Part shown: piece after piece, positions 29,418-43,249 of the stretch | Layout: every line of letters begins with the position of its first letter | Numbering within the stretch: position 1 is the stretch's first letter | Assembly (NCBI GenBank): GCA_964016885.1 | Contig: OZ024741.1 | Span: 185,752,001 to 185,816,000, forward strand | Length of the DNA: 64,000 nt | Direction: 5' to 3' | Origin: Eledone cirrhosa | Lineage: Eukaryota | Made by a program: the position numbers and the translations under genes | Notes under the pieces: generated by a model | Seen by the model: only the letters and a program-made list of their open reading frames with translations | The model's database searches: none | Told to the model about the DNA's origin: nothing

Positions 29418-32400
29418 CTAGCAGAGGTACCCGGCGTTGCTCGGTATAAATCTCAATGGAGTAGTCGTTCAAATGAACCGAAAGACGTCCGTTAAACACA
29501 ACTATAGAAGTAACAATTTATAGGTGTTCGCTCTAAAGAAGGCCTTTGAACGTTCACTTTGAAATATCTCTGCGGTGGTGTTGCCAACAAAGATGAATCC
29601 GATGGTAACAATTTATACTTGGTGGCCCTGAAGAGGGCATTGGATCGTTCACTCTTTAAAGTCCCAGCGGCAGAGTTGTCAGCAAAGACGACTCCGATTA
29701 GAGGTGTTGGCCCTTAAAAGGTTTTTCACGCCACTTTGGTGTGTCGTATTTGCTTTGCTTGTTATTTCAGATTGTAACCTAGAGAAGCATGTAACAGTCG
29801 GCGGCCACAAAAACGGCCTTGGCAAGATCACGCTGGAATGTCAAAAGAATGTGTAAATAAGATGTAGGTAAAAGTATATTAATTAGGTTAAAACTATGGA
29901 ACATCGATAGCAAAGCGTAATAACAACATATAAATGCGGAAAACGGAGACATTGAACATTTATAACGTATAGCAAAAGTAACCTCAGAGGCGTACGTGGT
30001 ATTTTCAAAGGGACAAAAATAGCACACGGATACAGCAAATGTAAGCACTTATACAGAAAAAAAAAACACAGCGATTACTTGTTGGAGGGTGGGGTGCCTA
30101 CACAACTTCCTTATAGACTATATTTTGGGTTTTCTCGCGAGCTGCAAGAGCAAATAGGTTATTTTGGCTCCCCACTCGAGAGCAGCCAACATATAGTTGA
30201 CCATGGGAGAAGCACGGTTCTTCTAAATTAAGCCCTACGACCGTCAGCGTCTGACTCTGTGATTTGTTAATCGACATAGCAAAACTGAGCAGGAGAGGGA
30301 ATTGCAGCCTTCTGAATATGAAAGGTATGTCTTTACCGGATGGAATGAGAGGTATCCTTGGTATGAAGACAGCATCCCCCTTACAACATCCTGTAAGTAT
30401 TGTTGCCTTAATAACATGAGGCATCGCCTTTTGGACGACCAGACGCGTGCCGTTGGAAAGCCTTTGGGGTTCCAAATTTCTGAGGAGCATGACAGGGGCA
30501 CCTTTCTTAAGTCACAGTAAGTGTGGTGGCAATCCGGGAGAGTCTAGGGAGTTAAGAAATTCTGTGGTGTAATTAACAACTTCGTCCGGATCAGCCATAG
30601 AGTCAAGGGACCTGTAGAGGTGAAGGTTTCCAAGCAAGCACAGCATTGATGCTTCCAACTATGTCGTTTTTCGAAGTCAATATTGCGCGTTCACACAACC
30701 ACTCTTGATTTGTGTAGTTCTCCTCAAGATTAGGAAAAACAGACGTCCGTAACTCAGCAATTGACTTAACGCATGTACCATCTCCGTCGAGTGGGACTTT
30801 GCCATCTCCCAACAACAAAATGGCAGCAGCAAAACCCGCTGATCTCTCATCACCTTGCAGTTATGCTCTGCTGTTTGTTGTAAGCGTCAGCTTTCTTACA
30901 TAACGCCAAATTGGGGAGGCCTTAAAGCATGCACCAACCTCATCAGCCCGCGAACCTTTTGGGATTACAGGCAGAGTCTTTCGGAAATAGTAGGGTAGTG
31001 AAACCTCCCATTGGTTCTTGCCAGTCCCTGATGTCTCTGAGTGACTGGTTTAATGCCTTGAAAGCCGCCCTGTGGGACATTGTGCGTTCTTCCCAAACAA
31101 TTAGTAGGCAGCGCTTTAACACAAGTGCTTTACCGGAAGACTTGCTGATGTTACACGTGGGTGTCTCAGATGATGCCACGTTCAGAGGAAGACTGAAGGC
31201 AGAATGGGCCGTCCTGCCACCAGGCTGCAATGCCGGAAGAAGCCACGGCCAATGCGATGTTTCCGTGTTGCCTCACTGCAGCGAGTAAAAGTTTGATAAC
31301 AAATGTTTTGCCCGTGCCTCCAGGTGCGTCCAGGAAGAATATACTCCCTCCCCGATTACGGATGGAATCAACGACAACGTTTTTGATCCATTAGAAGTTT
31401 TGGTTCATTTTCTTCAACATACCTTTTGAGTTCGTCGACATGATATGACGTTTCACGTATAATGTCGTTGGGAATGTCAGATGGCGCATCTCGAAGTGTT
31501 TGCGGAAGCCCATATTTCTCCAAGACATCTCCGCCCATTGAAGCCACTCTGTCGTCAATATCGATCAGAGCTCTGTTATATATAGCGTCTGAAAAGCCGA
31601 CATCTAAGTTTTGAGATTTCAATTGAGCGAGACGCCTATATTCGTCTGCGAATTCATATTTAAACTTTTTCTATAAAGAGTAAGGATGGCTCAATTCACA
31701 GACGTGTAAGAGATGAGCAAACAGTTCTTATAGACTACGGGATGATTGTGAAATGGCAGCTTCCGTGAAGGTTGCATCCCATTGTGCGTCATCTTCTAAA
31801 AGTCCACGCCTAAAGCAGCCTTCCCTGTACGTTCCGCAGGCGTATCCATCGACGGTTCTCAGATGAGTGATGCTGGTCGGCCCTCTTACCTGTCGAATTT
31901 GATGCCTGGATGTCCAACCACCTCTTGCCCTACCTTCCTTCGTAGCCATTTTGTCCGGTTCCATGTATAGTAAGACGGTATTTCAGAATACAGCAGAGTT
32001 CAAGCGAAGTCGTTGTGTTGATAAAGTTTGAAAAAAGCGGTGAGTCTAGTTTCCTTTGGTGAGATCGCTAGCTGAGCAGCTGTTGTATCGTTGAAGTACA
32101 CCCGTTGACCGTTTTCAAGGTTAACGGCAAGTTGTTTAATGGCGGGGTGTCGTTGGACGCGCTAAAAGGCTTCATTGCTGCTAATGTATCGGCCTGCTTG
32201 GTAGTCAGATACCTCGTCTCTACTGTTTTCCTGACGAAGACCAAAGACGGCAGCATCCGATCCCTTGTTTACGCCTTTACAAGCATATCTAATTGATTTT
32301 ACTGAGTTGCAAAATTCGACTTCATTTTAACGGCCATATCAACAGCAAATTGTTGGAAAAGGTCCCGAGAACGGTGTATATGGTTGAATGAATTGTCCCT

Positions 32401-32932
32401 TACCATAAATCGGAAAACGTAGAAATCCATGCAGGTGACAGTTTTGCTAAGATATGCCTCACCATTGCCTGCCGAATGTTGAGGAATGCCGAAATGGCAT
32501 CCGTCCTGGCCGTTGACAAATAGCAATGGATACTGGAGTGCATCGTAGGACCTGTGTGTCTCTTTGATACGCTGAAATGTGCTGTCTCGGTGCTTTAGAA
32601 TATCTCTCTTGTGCTGTTCACCACAAATAACCGCAGAAATCTCATGACATGTTGGTGCGTTGAACTGACCAGGGTGTTCTCCAGATGGCCTTCGGTCAAC
32701 ATGTATGACCACACTAAAATTTTGGTCGGTGGCTGTTTCCAAAGCATACTTGAAACTGCGAACATAGCTGTTTTTGTCGTGAAGCATTTCTTGAAGTTTT
32801 ATTATGGTTCCAATGTTAGTTTCGGACGAAATAGAGTTTCGCATCTCTGCCTGCTCCTGATAGTTTCCAACGAAGTATAACTGAAGAAATTGAGGATCCC
32901 TTTCTGCTAGAGTCTGAATAGAACCAATCTTT
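29418..32932 (-). mobile_element. Helitron Rep/Helicase pseudogene with intact 3' terminus
   Basis: 3' CTAG at 29418-29421 with a subterminal GC hairpin; PIF1 motifs FLDAPGGTGKTF, GGRTAHSAF, MLLRNL...NGTRL, RLQFP..SFAMSINKSQ, FSHGQLYVGCSRV; N-terminal HRSYDALQYPLLF. Confidence 0.93.
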
Positions 32933-33690
32933 GAAGGACAATGTAAAGATAAGAATATAGTGTACATAGGTGAGACAGATCGTAGTATAGGAGAACGGTT
33001 AAATGAACACTAGCGAGAGCTTCACGATAGAAAAGAATCATCAATACTCCACCAACATCCTAAAATAGAACATAAGGGCAAATTAGAGAACATAGAAATA
33101 AAAATAAAATCTACACACAGGAAAGACGCAATGTTTAGACAAATCACAGAGGCAATAAACATAAATGAACTCCAACCAAAATTAAATAGAAAACTTGAAT
33201 GGCATAGCAACATCACAACTTTCAATTAAGGACAAAATGAAAACACCCACACATAGAACAAACAACCAACCAGTAACATGTAAATAAACTAATAAATAAA
33301 CAAATAAAACACACACAGACACCTGGATGTAACAGATGCGCAAACTAAGGACACAACACACACAAAAAGAAGGTGGCGTACGACAGAACAAAGGAGAGGC
33401 ACAAAACAAAGAAAAGAATCCCCAGTCACTGAAAAGGTCACAGAATGTGTGACGAAAGAACTTTGACAATATATTAACAACCGTCCGGTTGTAGAACCAA
33501 CCAACCAACCGGAAATCTATAAAAAATTTGAAAAAAATCAAAAAAAAATTTTTTTTAAATTAATAATAAATTGGAGTGAAAGCAATTGGTGCGTGTGTTT
33601 CTTATTGGCAGCATGACCCTCCCAAAGTATAACAATATCGGTTTCAACACACGTTTTCAGATAAAGAATCTTGCTAAACAAATTCAGAAC
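32933..33690 (+). mobile_element. PLE 3' fragment (GIY-YIG endonuclease plus terminal repeat with HHR-like motif at 33425-33467)
   Basis: VYIGETDRSIGERLNEH...RQITEAINI...LNRKLEW; GTCA-CTGAAAA-G-GTCAC-agaatgt-GTGAC-GAAA-GAAC-TT-TGAC. Confidence 0.85.
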
Positions 33691-33790
33691 ACACACACAT
33701 ATATATATATATATTTTTTTTTATATATATTGGGTCATCCAGCATGAAATTTGTAGGAATTTGATTTATATATATATACATATACATACA

Positions 33791-33932
<142 letters not shown>

Positions 33933-33983
33933 CATATATATATATACATATACTTGCATACATACATATATATATTTAGAGAG

Positions 33984-34230
33984 AGAAAAAAAGATTAAAT
34001 CGAAAATGCAACTTGAGTCTTATTTTAAAAAACAATATATATATTTATTTGGCTCCTTTACCGGTTTCGCAGTTCTTTTTGAAAAGCAGAAGAACTGCGA
34101 AACCGGGTAAAGGGACCAAATAAATATATATATTGTTTTAAAAATAAGACTCCAGTTGCATTTTCGATTTCATCTTTTTTCTTTATACTTTCACTCGTGT
34201 AGGACACCTCGGTTATTTTTCATTTTCTAA
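33984..34230. mobile_element. PLE-type fold-back insertion (about 95-bp arms) pivoting at a hammerhead core (family C)
   Basis: The right arm starts TGAAAA-GCAG-aagaa-CTGC-GAAA-CCGG-GTA at 34080; the left arm is its reverse complement; embedded in TA/GA repeats. Confidence 0.7.
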
Positions 34231-34242
34231 AAAAAACCTCAC

Positions 34243-34375
<133 letters not shown>

Positions 34376-34731
34376 CACACCCACACACATATATATATAT
34401 ATATATACGAGTCAAAAACAGTCACACATTTATATGCATATTGGTGTGTGCGTACCCCCGTAGTATTTGCCTGTGAATGCGTATGAACACAGAGGGGAGG
34501 GCGTCGTATGTGTTTATGTATCTAATAATGCTGACATATGTACAAATGTTTTCCTTCGGAATGGAGTGTCTAATATTTGTTTCATACATTTCCATTGGGG
34601 ATGAGAACAATTGTTCGTTTGTCAGCTATATTAAATAAATAAATTATCAATTCCTATTTATTCTATTTTTTTTTTAGTTTATATTTCACTTGCCTATGGA
34701 TGAACATATTCAGAAACACACAGACATAAAC

Positions 34732-34786
<55 letters not shown>

Positions 34787-35480
34787 AAAGAAAGTATATG
34801 TATGTTTTTCATAATATATTTTATAAGTGGCACTCCATTGATGCTATTTTCATACTCAGACACACACAAACACACACAAATACACGCACACACAGATATA
34901 CACACACATCCACACACACACATATATACATATATATATATGTAAGTATATGTATGTATGTATGTATGTATGTATATATATATATGTGTGTGTGTGTGTC
35001 TGTATATTGATATATAATTCTTAGTTGTATATACATACACATACACTACATTCACCACCAATGCAATGTCTATCACGAGTAACATCACACCCACGAATTA
35101 TGTACTAGAAACCACTTCAACAATATATACACAGAAGAATATATAGAATCATATTCACCTTTTCTTTTGTATTTATTTCCTTCTTTCAATAGTCACATAC
35201 CAAATATCGTTCGTGTGCCTTTATTTCTGTATGTATGCATAAATATAAGGGTGTATGTATGTGGCTATCTATATACCTCTCTCTCTATACATATATATAT
35301 ATATATATAATTAATACAATAACAGAGATAGTTTAAAGCTAATCTCTGACTGGTAACCATCTCACTCAACAAACATTAGGTTATATTTTAATATAAACCC
35401 AATTTAAGTGTTTGGGGTGTTAACAATATGTATTATGTGGAAAAGCCAGTTGTATTATTTTATGAGACATAATTAAAGTT

Positions 35481-35569
<89 letters not shown>

Positions 35570-35575
<6 letters not shown>

Positions 35576-36200
35576 ATAATTTGGAAGGGTCATGTTGCCA
35601 ATAAAAACACACGCACCTGTTTTTTCTTCACTTTAATTTATTATGGGTTTCCGACAGGTTGATTGGTTGGTTGGTTCGATAACCGGAGGTTGTTTATATA
35701 TTTTCAAAGCTCTTTCGTCACACATTCTGTGACCTCCTCGATGACTAGGTTTTTATTTTTTGTGTGTCTCCTTTGTTCTGTCCTACACCATCTTGTTTTT
35801 GTGTGTTTGGTTTGCGCATGCGTTACATCCGTGTGAGTGCGTGTGTTTATATATTTATTCATGTGTTTATTTACTTGTTCTATCTCTATGTGTCTGATTT
35901 GTTTTGTTAGTTTGGTTTTTGTGTGTGTCTGTATGTTTTTATTTTGTCTTTAATTACTAGTTGTGATGTTGCTATTCCACTCATGTTTTCTGTTTAATTT
36001 CGGTTGGAGTCCGTTTATATTTGTTGCCTCTGCGATTTGTCTAATCATTGCATCTTTTCTGTGTGTGGATTTAATTTGTATCTCTATGTTCTCTAATGTG
36101 CCACTATGTTCTATTTTGGCATGTTGGTGGAGTCCTGATGAGATTTCCCCATCCTGGAGTTGTTCACTTATCCTTTCTCCTATGCTACAAGCTATTCAAC
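35570..36200 (-). mobile_element. Second PLE 3' fragment related to 32933-33690 (degenerate HHR at 35704-35745)
   Basis: SIGERISEQ...RQIAEATNI...LNRKHEW; same GTCAC/GTGAC hairpin plus GAAA. Confidence 0.85.
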
Positions 36201-36229
36201 TATGTATGTTATATTCTGTCCCTCAGTAC

Positions 36230-37350
36230 TACAATGATTCAAATTAAAATATGCAATATCAACATAAGCAGACATTGTTTTATGGATCAATATTTCATAT
36301 CTTTCTCTTTCAATAACCCATACTACATGACTTGACCTTGCAAAAATCGGCATACATAGAATTATCTTTTTGTATATCCAATTCATGCTATTATCAATCA
36401 TCAAGCTGATTAGATCAGAATTAATCTCTACATTAGACATGATACAAAAGGAGTACACCTCTATAAATATTTTTATAATTACATTAAAATGCTGGACTCC
36501 TTTTCGATAAATATTTAGAAACCCTGAAAAGCACAGAGACTATAATAAAAATGGAAGCTTCACTCCTTCAACTAAAATGTCAATGGATTTCAATGCGCAC
36601 CATCCATTCTAGAATACTAACGTTACAGAAAACAGAAAACAGTATAAAAAGGAGGGGAGTATCTCTTAGAGGTTATGAATAAAGACAACTTGATTTTAAA
36701 TTCAATACCATACCTCCCTATCTTCAAATATTTCAATAATAAAACCTCCAAAATAGATCATTTGTTGTCTTCTGTCTCAGCCCCTACCTTTATAGAAAAC
36801 TAGAAATTCGAACATAGTATAGATCTATGTTCGGGTCATTCAGGCAGCCCTTTAAATACTGCAATTCTTTTAACCAACGAAAACACTAACAATTGCCAAA
36901 CTCATCAAATAAAGTTTAAATCAATTTCACAAGACTGATCGGCCAAAGTTTACTAATTATTTAGAAGCATAACTATCCACTCTTATCAACCAATCAGCTG
37001 AAAATCTAAAAGCAAGTCTACAAATATTTATCAACATGGTATACACTGAGAAAGTACATTTTACTTATGACAATCCGAATAAAGTTAACAATAATAAAGA
37101 TAGTAACAACAATAAGACATGGCGGAGAGAAGAATTAAAACAACTAAAAAAGAAATAACCCAATCATAAAAAAGTGGAAATACTATTCAACGGGTAATCT
37201 GAAACTCATCGTTATTTGGAGAATCGTTTACAACTTTTCGTTTTCAGAACCCAATATTTATTGCAAAGCTCCTAACCCTCTTACTTTATATGTAGACTTT
37301 CTTCCTATTATTGAACAAGAGTTATAAGCAGGAAAGGATGAGTTAAAGAG
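36230..37350 (+). mobile_element. Highly degenerate APE-type LINE ORF2 (I/Jockey-like)
   Basis: DFNAHHPF near 36586 and SKIDHL...SGH match APE motifs GDFNAHH, SxID and SDH. Confidence 0.55.
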
Positions 37351-37543
37351 GAAACGTTCACAAGTCCAAATATCTAAATTAATTATAAATAAAATAATAA
37401 TATTAAATTTATTTCATAGTATAATCAAATGTAAACATAAATATGGAAATTTACCCATATGTTTGTTATACCTAAACCAAATGAGGACAACTATTAGTTG
37501 ACGAAATTCAAGAACGGAACCTTCTCTTGCTTCCCAATATTTC

Positions 37544-37615
37544 TTTACTCTTTTACTCTTTTACTCTTTTACCTGTTCCAGCCATCCGGCTGAGGCCATG
37601 CTGGGGCACTGCCCT
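37544..37615 (-). mobile_element. SINE tail fragment with (TTTTAC)-type repeats
   Basis: TTTACTCT x3 followed by GGCCATGCTGGGGCACTGCC, resembling octopod SINE ends. Confidence 0.45.
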
Positions 37616-38110
37616 TTATCTATATTTTTTATGTATATTTTGCCAACCGTTGCCATTTTCCATCTAATTTATTTTATTTTATTGATTTTCAACTTTTTAC
37701 TTTTATATTTATATTCACTAATCTCTGTATATCTTGTTTTCTGCCTCTCAACTTTAAGAAGTACTAAATACGTAGATATTCCACTAGTCTGATATGGATT
37801 ACTACCTCTATACGAACGTTCAAAATGAATAAATAAATAGACCCCCTCCACACACACACAATCATATATATATATAGCTATTGTGTGTGTATCTAAATAA
37901 ATTTTGTATATAGAAACACACATGCAACCCCATATATATATATATATATATAAACGGAAAAAATGAAATTTCATTTCTCACTCTTAGTACGGCTGATACT
38001 TAAATATAAGTATGTATACGTATATACATATGTGTACACAGACGTACGGTAGTATGTATATACATACATACATATACACATACCTATGTGTACGTATGGG
38101 TTTACCGAAC

Positions 38111-38443
38111 ATTTATTATAATGCTTGGCTTGTTTGTAAACAAACAGCCCGATTTATTAGCCAGAACAGTGTTCGGCAACCGTCGTTGCCATGATGTTGA
38201 ACACTGACAAAGGAACGATGAACTAGTTTCTAGCTTATTAGCTGTCATCAGCACCGTATACCTTCAGTTGATTGAACGTTTGAAAGTATACACTTTCCTT
38301 ATGCATATTAACGCCTGAGCAGCCTAATTTGCATATCGAGTGAGTTAGTCGGCCGGGCGTACCGAAAACGATAAGTGAAAAAATGAAATTTCATTTCTCA
38401 CTCTCAGGCTGTTTGTTTACAAACAAACCGAGCATTATAATAA
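38111..38443 (-). mobile_element. Short element with about 38-bp inverted ends containing a hammerhead (38215-38257)
   Basis: Ends TTTATTATAATGCT.GG.TTGTTTGTAAACAAACAGCC are inverted; minus strand ACGGTG-CTGATGA-C-AGCT-aata-AGCT-A-GAAA-CTAG-TT-CATCGT. Confidence 0.7.
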
Positions 38444-38472
38444 ATACATATACACATACACATACATACATG

Positions 38473-38554
<82 letters not shown>

Positions 38555-39121
38555 CATACATACATACATATAAATACACATACACTCACATATATATATA
38601 TATATATACACACACTCACATATACATATATACGCACACATACACACATATAAATATACATACATACACACACACACACATATATATACACACATAGAGG
38701 GACTATTCAAGTACGTTATACATGTGGAAAAAGCAGATAGGTAAGAAGTACTTACATAACAATATTACCGTGAGGCCGGTCGAGATGGGAGACGGAGTAG
38801 GGTGGGACGGAGGTGGAGGGAATATTTTGTCGAGTGGGTTTTTTTTTTTATTAAAAATTAGGAAAAAAAATGTTTAAATGTGAATATGTTTCTAGACACC
38901 TGACCAAAGGCATTGTTAGCTTAATTGAACTTTAAAAATCAGGAGTGGCACCCCCAGAGTGAACCTGTCTATAGAAATCTTTCTGCCTTTGTTATTCTAA
39001 ATATAGTTTTTAAAGAATTCCCTTTTCTTTAAACCCATCAACCAATGACCTCCACCCATCCCAATCACCACTCCCTTACCATCAGAAAATATATAAATAC
39101 CACCATATTACTTGGATAGTC

Positions 39122-39172
39122 GGCTCCCTGATGATTTCTCCCGAATGAAACAGTTTTAGTACTGTAGAAGCC
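39122..39172 (+). ncRNA. Type-I hammerhead (family B), core intact
   Basis: GGCTCC-CTGATGA-T-TTC-tccc-GAA-T-GAAA-CAGT-tttagt-ACTG-TA-GAAGCC. Confidence 0.7.
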
Positions 39173-39182
39173 TTTTTTATAT

Positions 39183-39348
<166 letters not shown>

Positions 39349-39487
39349 TGTGCGCGTGTGTGTGTGTGTGTGTGTGTAATCTGAGGTTTTCGAACATCAA
39401 CAATAACATTCCATTCGTTCGCAATTCTGCAAACAGCCTCTTTAAAGCCATGTCAGTATTTCAGCTCTTATGTTGGCATGCAAACAG

Positions 39488-39536
39488 AACTGCAGACACT
39501 AATATTTCTGGGTGATTACCCTTCATCAGTACAGTT
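39488..39536 (-). ncRNA. Type-I hammerhead
   Basis: AACTGTA-CTGATGA-A-GGGT-aatc-ACCC-A-GAAA-TATTAGTG-TC-TGCAGTT; 7-bp stem I, GUC triplet. Confidence 0.75.
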
Positions 39537-39699
39537 TGCTGCTTACCTGCCAACTGTCAGAGGTAGTGAAAGTATATGATATTTTCTAAAATATACAGTG
39601 ACTGATCGGCCTGATTTGGATAATAGCAGATTGCCTGAGCAGTCAGATCTACATTTTAGCAGATAGGCCAGTCAGTTTCATGTATACGAGCCATTTATG

Positions 39700-40400
39700 T
39701 AGATCATATCCAAGTTTACACCGGGTCCATTATGAAGATCGAAATACCTCTTTTGTTTGGCAAGTAAGGTTGGATATTTTCCCTCTGTTTAATGGTTATA
39801 TGAAAGGAAATGGCATGTCTTATATATGCAATACCTAGATTTTATATTTGTCAATCGTATTCAAATTACTCCATGTAAAATATAGGCAGTGCCTTTTTCT
39901 CTTGTTTTTTTCCGGAGTCTTTAGGAAATACATGCTTTGATATAACTCACTGTGCGAATCTAGATATTTCAGATTATGCTTGTATTGTCATTCTCTACAA
40001 CCTTTCCTGTCGAATTCTCATATTGTTTCTTACCTAATAGTTTTTCACACTATCCATTCATTGAAATTCATAAATGTGACAAGCTTGTAGATATTTTATC
40101 TGTTGGGTAAAATCGGGAATACAGGAAAAAAATCGTGCTAAATGTTTTTTTCACAAAACGTTCTACATATTCTGCAGTTGCAAATATATGCTACTTTGTT
40201 TCTTTGTTGCTTTAGGTAGTTCCCGGTTGCAAATCAATATTCGGCTCGGTTTTGAATCATGCGCTTCTCAATAGTTTTTTTTTATATATACTTCTTTATT
40301 CTGCCTTTTCAGATTGCGGAAACGCAAAATTTTCTCGTCATAGTTTTAGCATGACCCTCTGTAGCTACGCTTTCAACGACTAGTTAGATAATTTTCTTCT
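39700..40400 (-). mobile_element. Very degenerate RLE-type non-LTR 3' region
   Basis: Remnant GKVVENDNTSII..I.IRT parallels AVMENNQVKVLWDFRIQT of the Dong element. Confidence 0.4.
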
Positions 40401-41029
40401 GCTACAAACGGCTTACATCTGTCTCCTTGAATACAAAAAATAACAAGTTTATTTTCGTATTTTCTATCCATTATATTTAAAATAAATTATATTCAGCTAG
40501 ATATTCCTATCGTTTTACAGTAAGTATTTCATCATTTTCTAGTTGCACAAATAACTTAAGACACATTACACCTTGTTAATATAAAACTTCTATGTCAGAT
40601 TTGGGGCAATGTGTTCTGAATAGCCATCATAATCATATCAACACTACCAAGAACACTACGATCTTCATAACTATTATTTGGTAATGTTCCTCTCATGTGT
40701 GACACTTAGGTCTTTGGGTAGCCAATCAAAATGAACACATTCAAGATTCGTTCAAGAATTAATTAATGTGGTTTTTGTTATAAAGGGAAATAAAAGTCCG
40801 TATAGGAAGCAATATGCATACAAAATGCATCAGCCGATAACATTTGTTAAATTACACATTACAGCATATATGAAAAGGAAGAGTGGTGAAATTTAGTTGT
40901 GTACATAGGAATGCTTGGATATGTTCCGGCACAATCTTCAGCCGCTTCAGCTTTAATCTGTTATGTGATACTCATTATCATATATAACCTAAAAACCATT
41001 AATCTGGATACCTAAATATGGAATGTTAC

Positions 41030-41885
41030 GCGATGGGGCCACCCACAGCCCAAGAGGACAGGATGAGGAGGGCATTCCCACGGAGGACGGCAAGGTAGAC
41101 GCGCTGGAAAAGTCACTCCAGCTCGCGGGGTTCACACCTGCGGCTGGCCAGCTCAGCGCCTATGGTCGTGAGTAGAACTGTAGCCCTGGGGCCGAGGACA
41201 CCAGACGTCTCCACTGCCAGGGGTATAACCGCAAACCTGTCGGAGAGCGACCGGTATTTGAGGAGCTTGGCCTCCTCAGCCAGACGTGCAGTAGAACCTG
41301 GGTTAGTTGCAGACTGCACCAGGTTCCGGCTGCAGAAAGTGTCGGTGCAAGTAGCATCCCAGACAAGGGGTTTGCCACTGTGGAACGGGAAGATGGTCAT
41401 GCCATCTGGCCTTTTGCCGTCCACTCGGTCCAGCCCCACCGGCTCGAGCTGGGAAGGGAAGCCCGCAGCGTCCAGGCCATGTTTTATGACCTCGTTGTGA
41501 GCAGCATGGCGTGGAAGGCGGCCGGCACTGTGGCGACAGGAAAGCGGGTAGAGGCAGAAAGAGTCCATGGTGGATCCGCAGCGACATTGGTGTGGATCGC
41601 AGATCAGGAGGCCGAGCCTCAAGGAAACGCCGGTGCGCAGGCTATTGTTGTCTGGCTGCGTGCCAGTGGTGAAGGAGGGCAGAGCATGGAGCCAGGCACC
41701 ACTGTGGGGTTTGGAGGCCGCACAAAAGCAGGCAAGGCGTTGCTGGTCGAGTTGGCGCGTGAGCCTGTCTGAGGCCAGGCTGCACTGGATGGCATCCCAA
41801 GTGCTTTGGGGGGACTTGACGTCAACAGGGGGAGAATGAGGAGGGACGTCTACTGGGCTAAGTCCCAACCGGTCCCACGTCACAG
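41030..41885 (-). mobile_element. CRE-like non-LTR retrotransposon 3' fragment (Zn finger plus RLE), GC-rich
   Basis: SGAWLHALPS, SLRLG, CRCG..H/LSC..RH, LEP.GL..DGKRPDG, LVWDATC, PLAVETSG. TGA at 41113 probably replaces Trp, since the frame continues LFQRVYLAVLRGNA. Confidence 0.8.
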
Positions 41886-42653
41886 AGGCGGCCTTACGTT
41901 CTCTGAACACAGAGGGTTCTATTGTGTTTTGAATATATTAAGCATTTTTTCGCACTCATTATGTGGAAAACCACTAATATATCTGTGTGATTATATATAT
42001 ATGTGTGTGTGTTTGTGCGTGTGCGTGTGTAAGAGTGTGTAAATGCGTTTGGTACATCTATCTATCTATCTATCTATATCTCTCCCCCTCTCTCTATATA
42101 TATATCAACAAATCAGAATTGTCTCCCCTTTTCTTTCTTTCTTTCTTTTTCTCCATGAGCTACTTTAACAAAATAGAAAATTATCACTAAAATGATATAA
42201 AAAGGCCTAAGGGTAATGTTTCCACATGAATGCCAAAAATATGATTAGCAGTCCTATATACAATACCAGCGTTGTATATAATTTTCTTCACGCATCATCA
42301 GTTTGATATGTTAGGACTGACGCATATAGAGGTCTATGAAAATGATTATAGTGTCATTAAATAATTATATATCATGGCTGTGTGGACAGGGATGGAGGAA
42401 AGAATAATTTGAGGTTATTTTTATTGTAGTTGTTGAGGGTTTTTTTTCGTAATTATTTTCTTTATTGTTAATGTGTTTTTATCTGTTTATGTCTCACATA
42501 TTCTTGCATGCATTTGCAAACCATCTCACTGTACATATATATACAAACACATACATACAAATATACATACACAAATGTATATAATTATTCAAGCGCAGGT
42601 ACAAATGTGTGTGTCCGTGAGAGTAAATACGTTCACGTGTATGAATATGGTTG

Positions 42654-42696
<43 letters not shown>

Positions 42697-42726
42697 ACGC
42701 ACACACACACATATATATACGTATGC

Positions 42727-42766
<40 letters not shown>

Positions 42767-42821
42767 GTGTGTGGGTGTGTGGCTAAAATATATTCACATA
42801 GCTAGTTTAAACACTCAACGA

Positions 42822-42886
<65 letters not shown>

Positions 42887-42894
42887 TATACATT

Positions 42895-42929
<35 letters not shown>

Positions 42930-43249
42930 TATATATACATATACACATTAGCATATTTGGTGATGGTTATTTTGTCAAATTTGAAATTTGACAATAAAAG
43001 ATACGCAGAATTCGATTTTCACCGGGTTAATTATTAGTCATTAATTATTTCGCCAACGGTCTATTGTCACACATGTTGTGACTTCCTAAATAACATGTGA
43101 TGTTGTGGTTCCTCTTCATTTTGGACTTCAATCGTTTACTCCATATTGTCTTTCTGTCGTACATTTTCATGCCTGTACATACCTTTGCGTCTGTGCCTGT
43201 GTGGTTGTGTATCTAAATGTTTGGCATGTGTATCTTTGTCTACAACATT

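Noticed and set aside
29370-33768. Inverted 38-bp repeats bracketing the Helitron and PLE as a composite transposon
   Set aside because: The TA-TTGGGTCATCC termini face each other, so they are the right end of one mariner-like MITE remnant and the left end of another, not enclosing TIRs.
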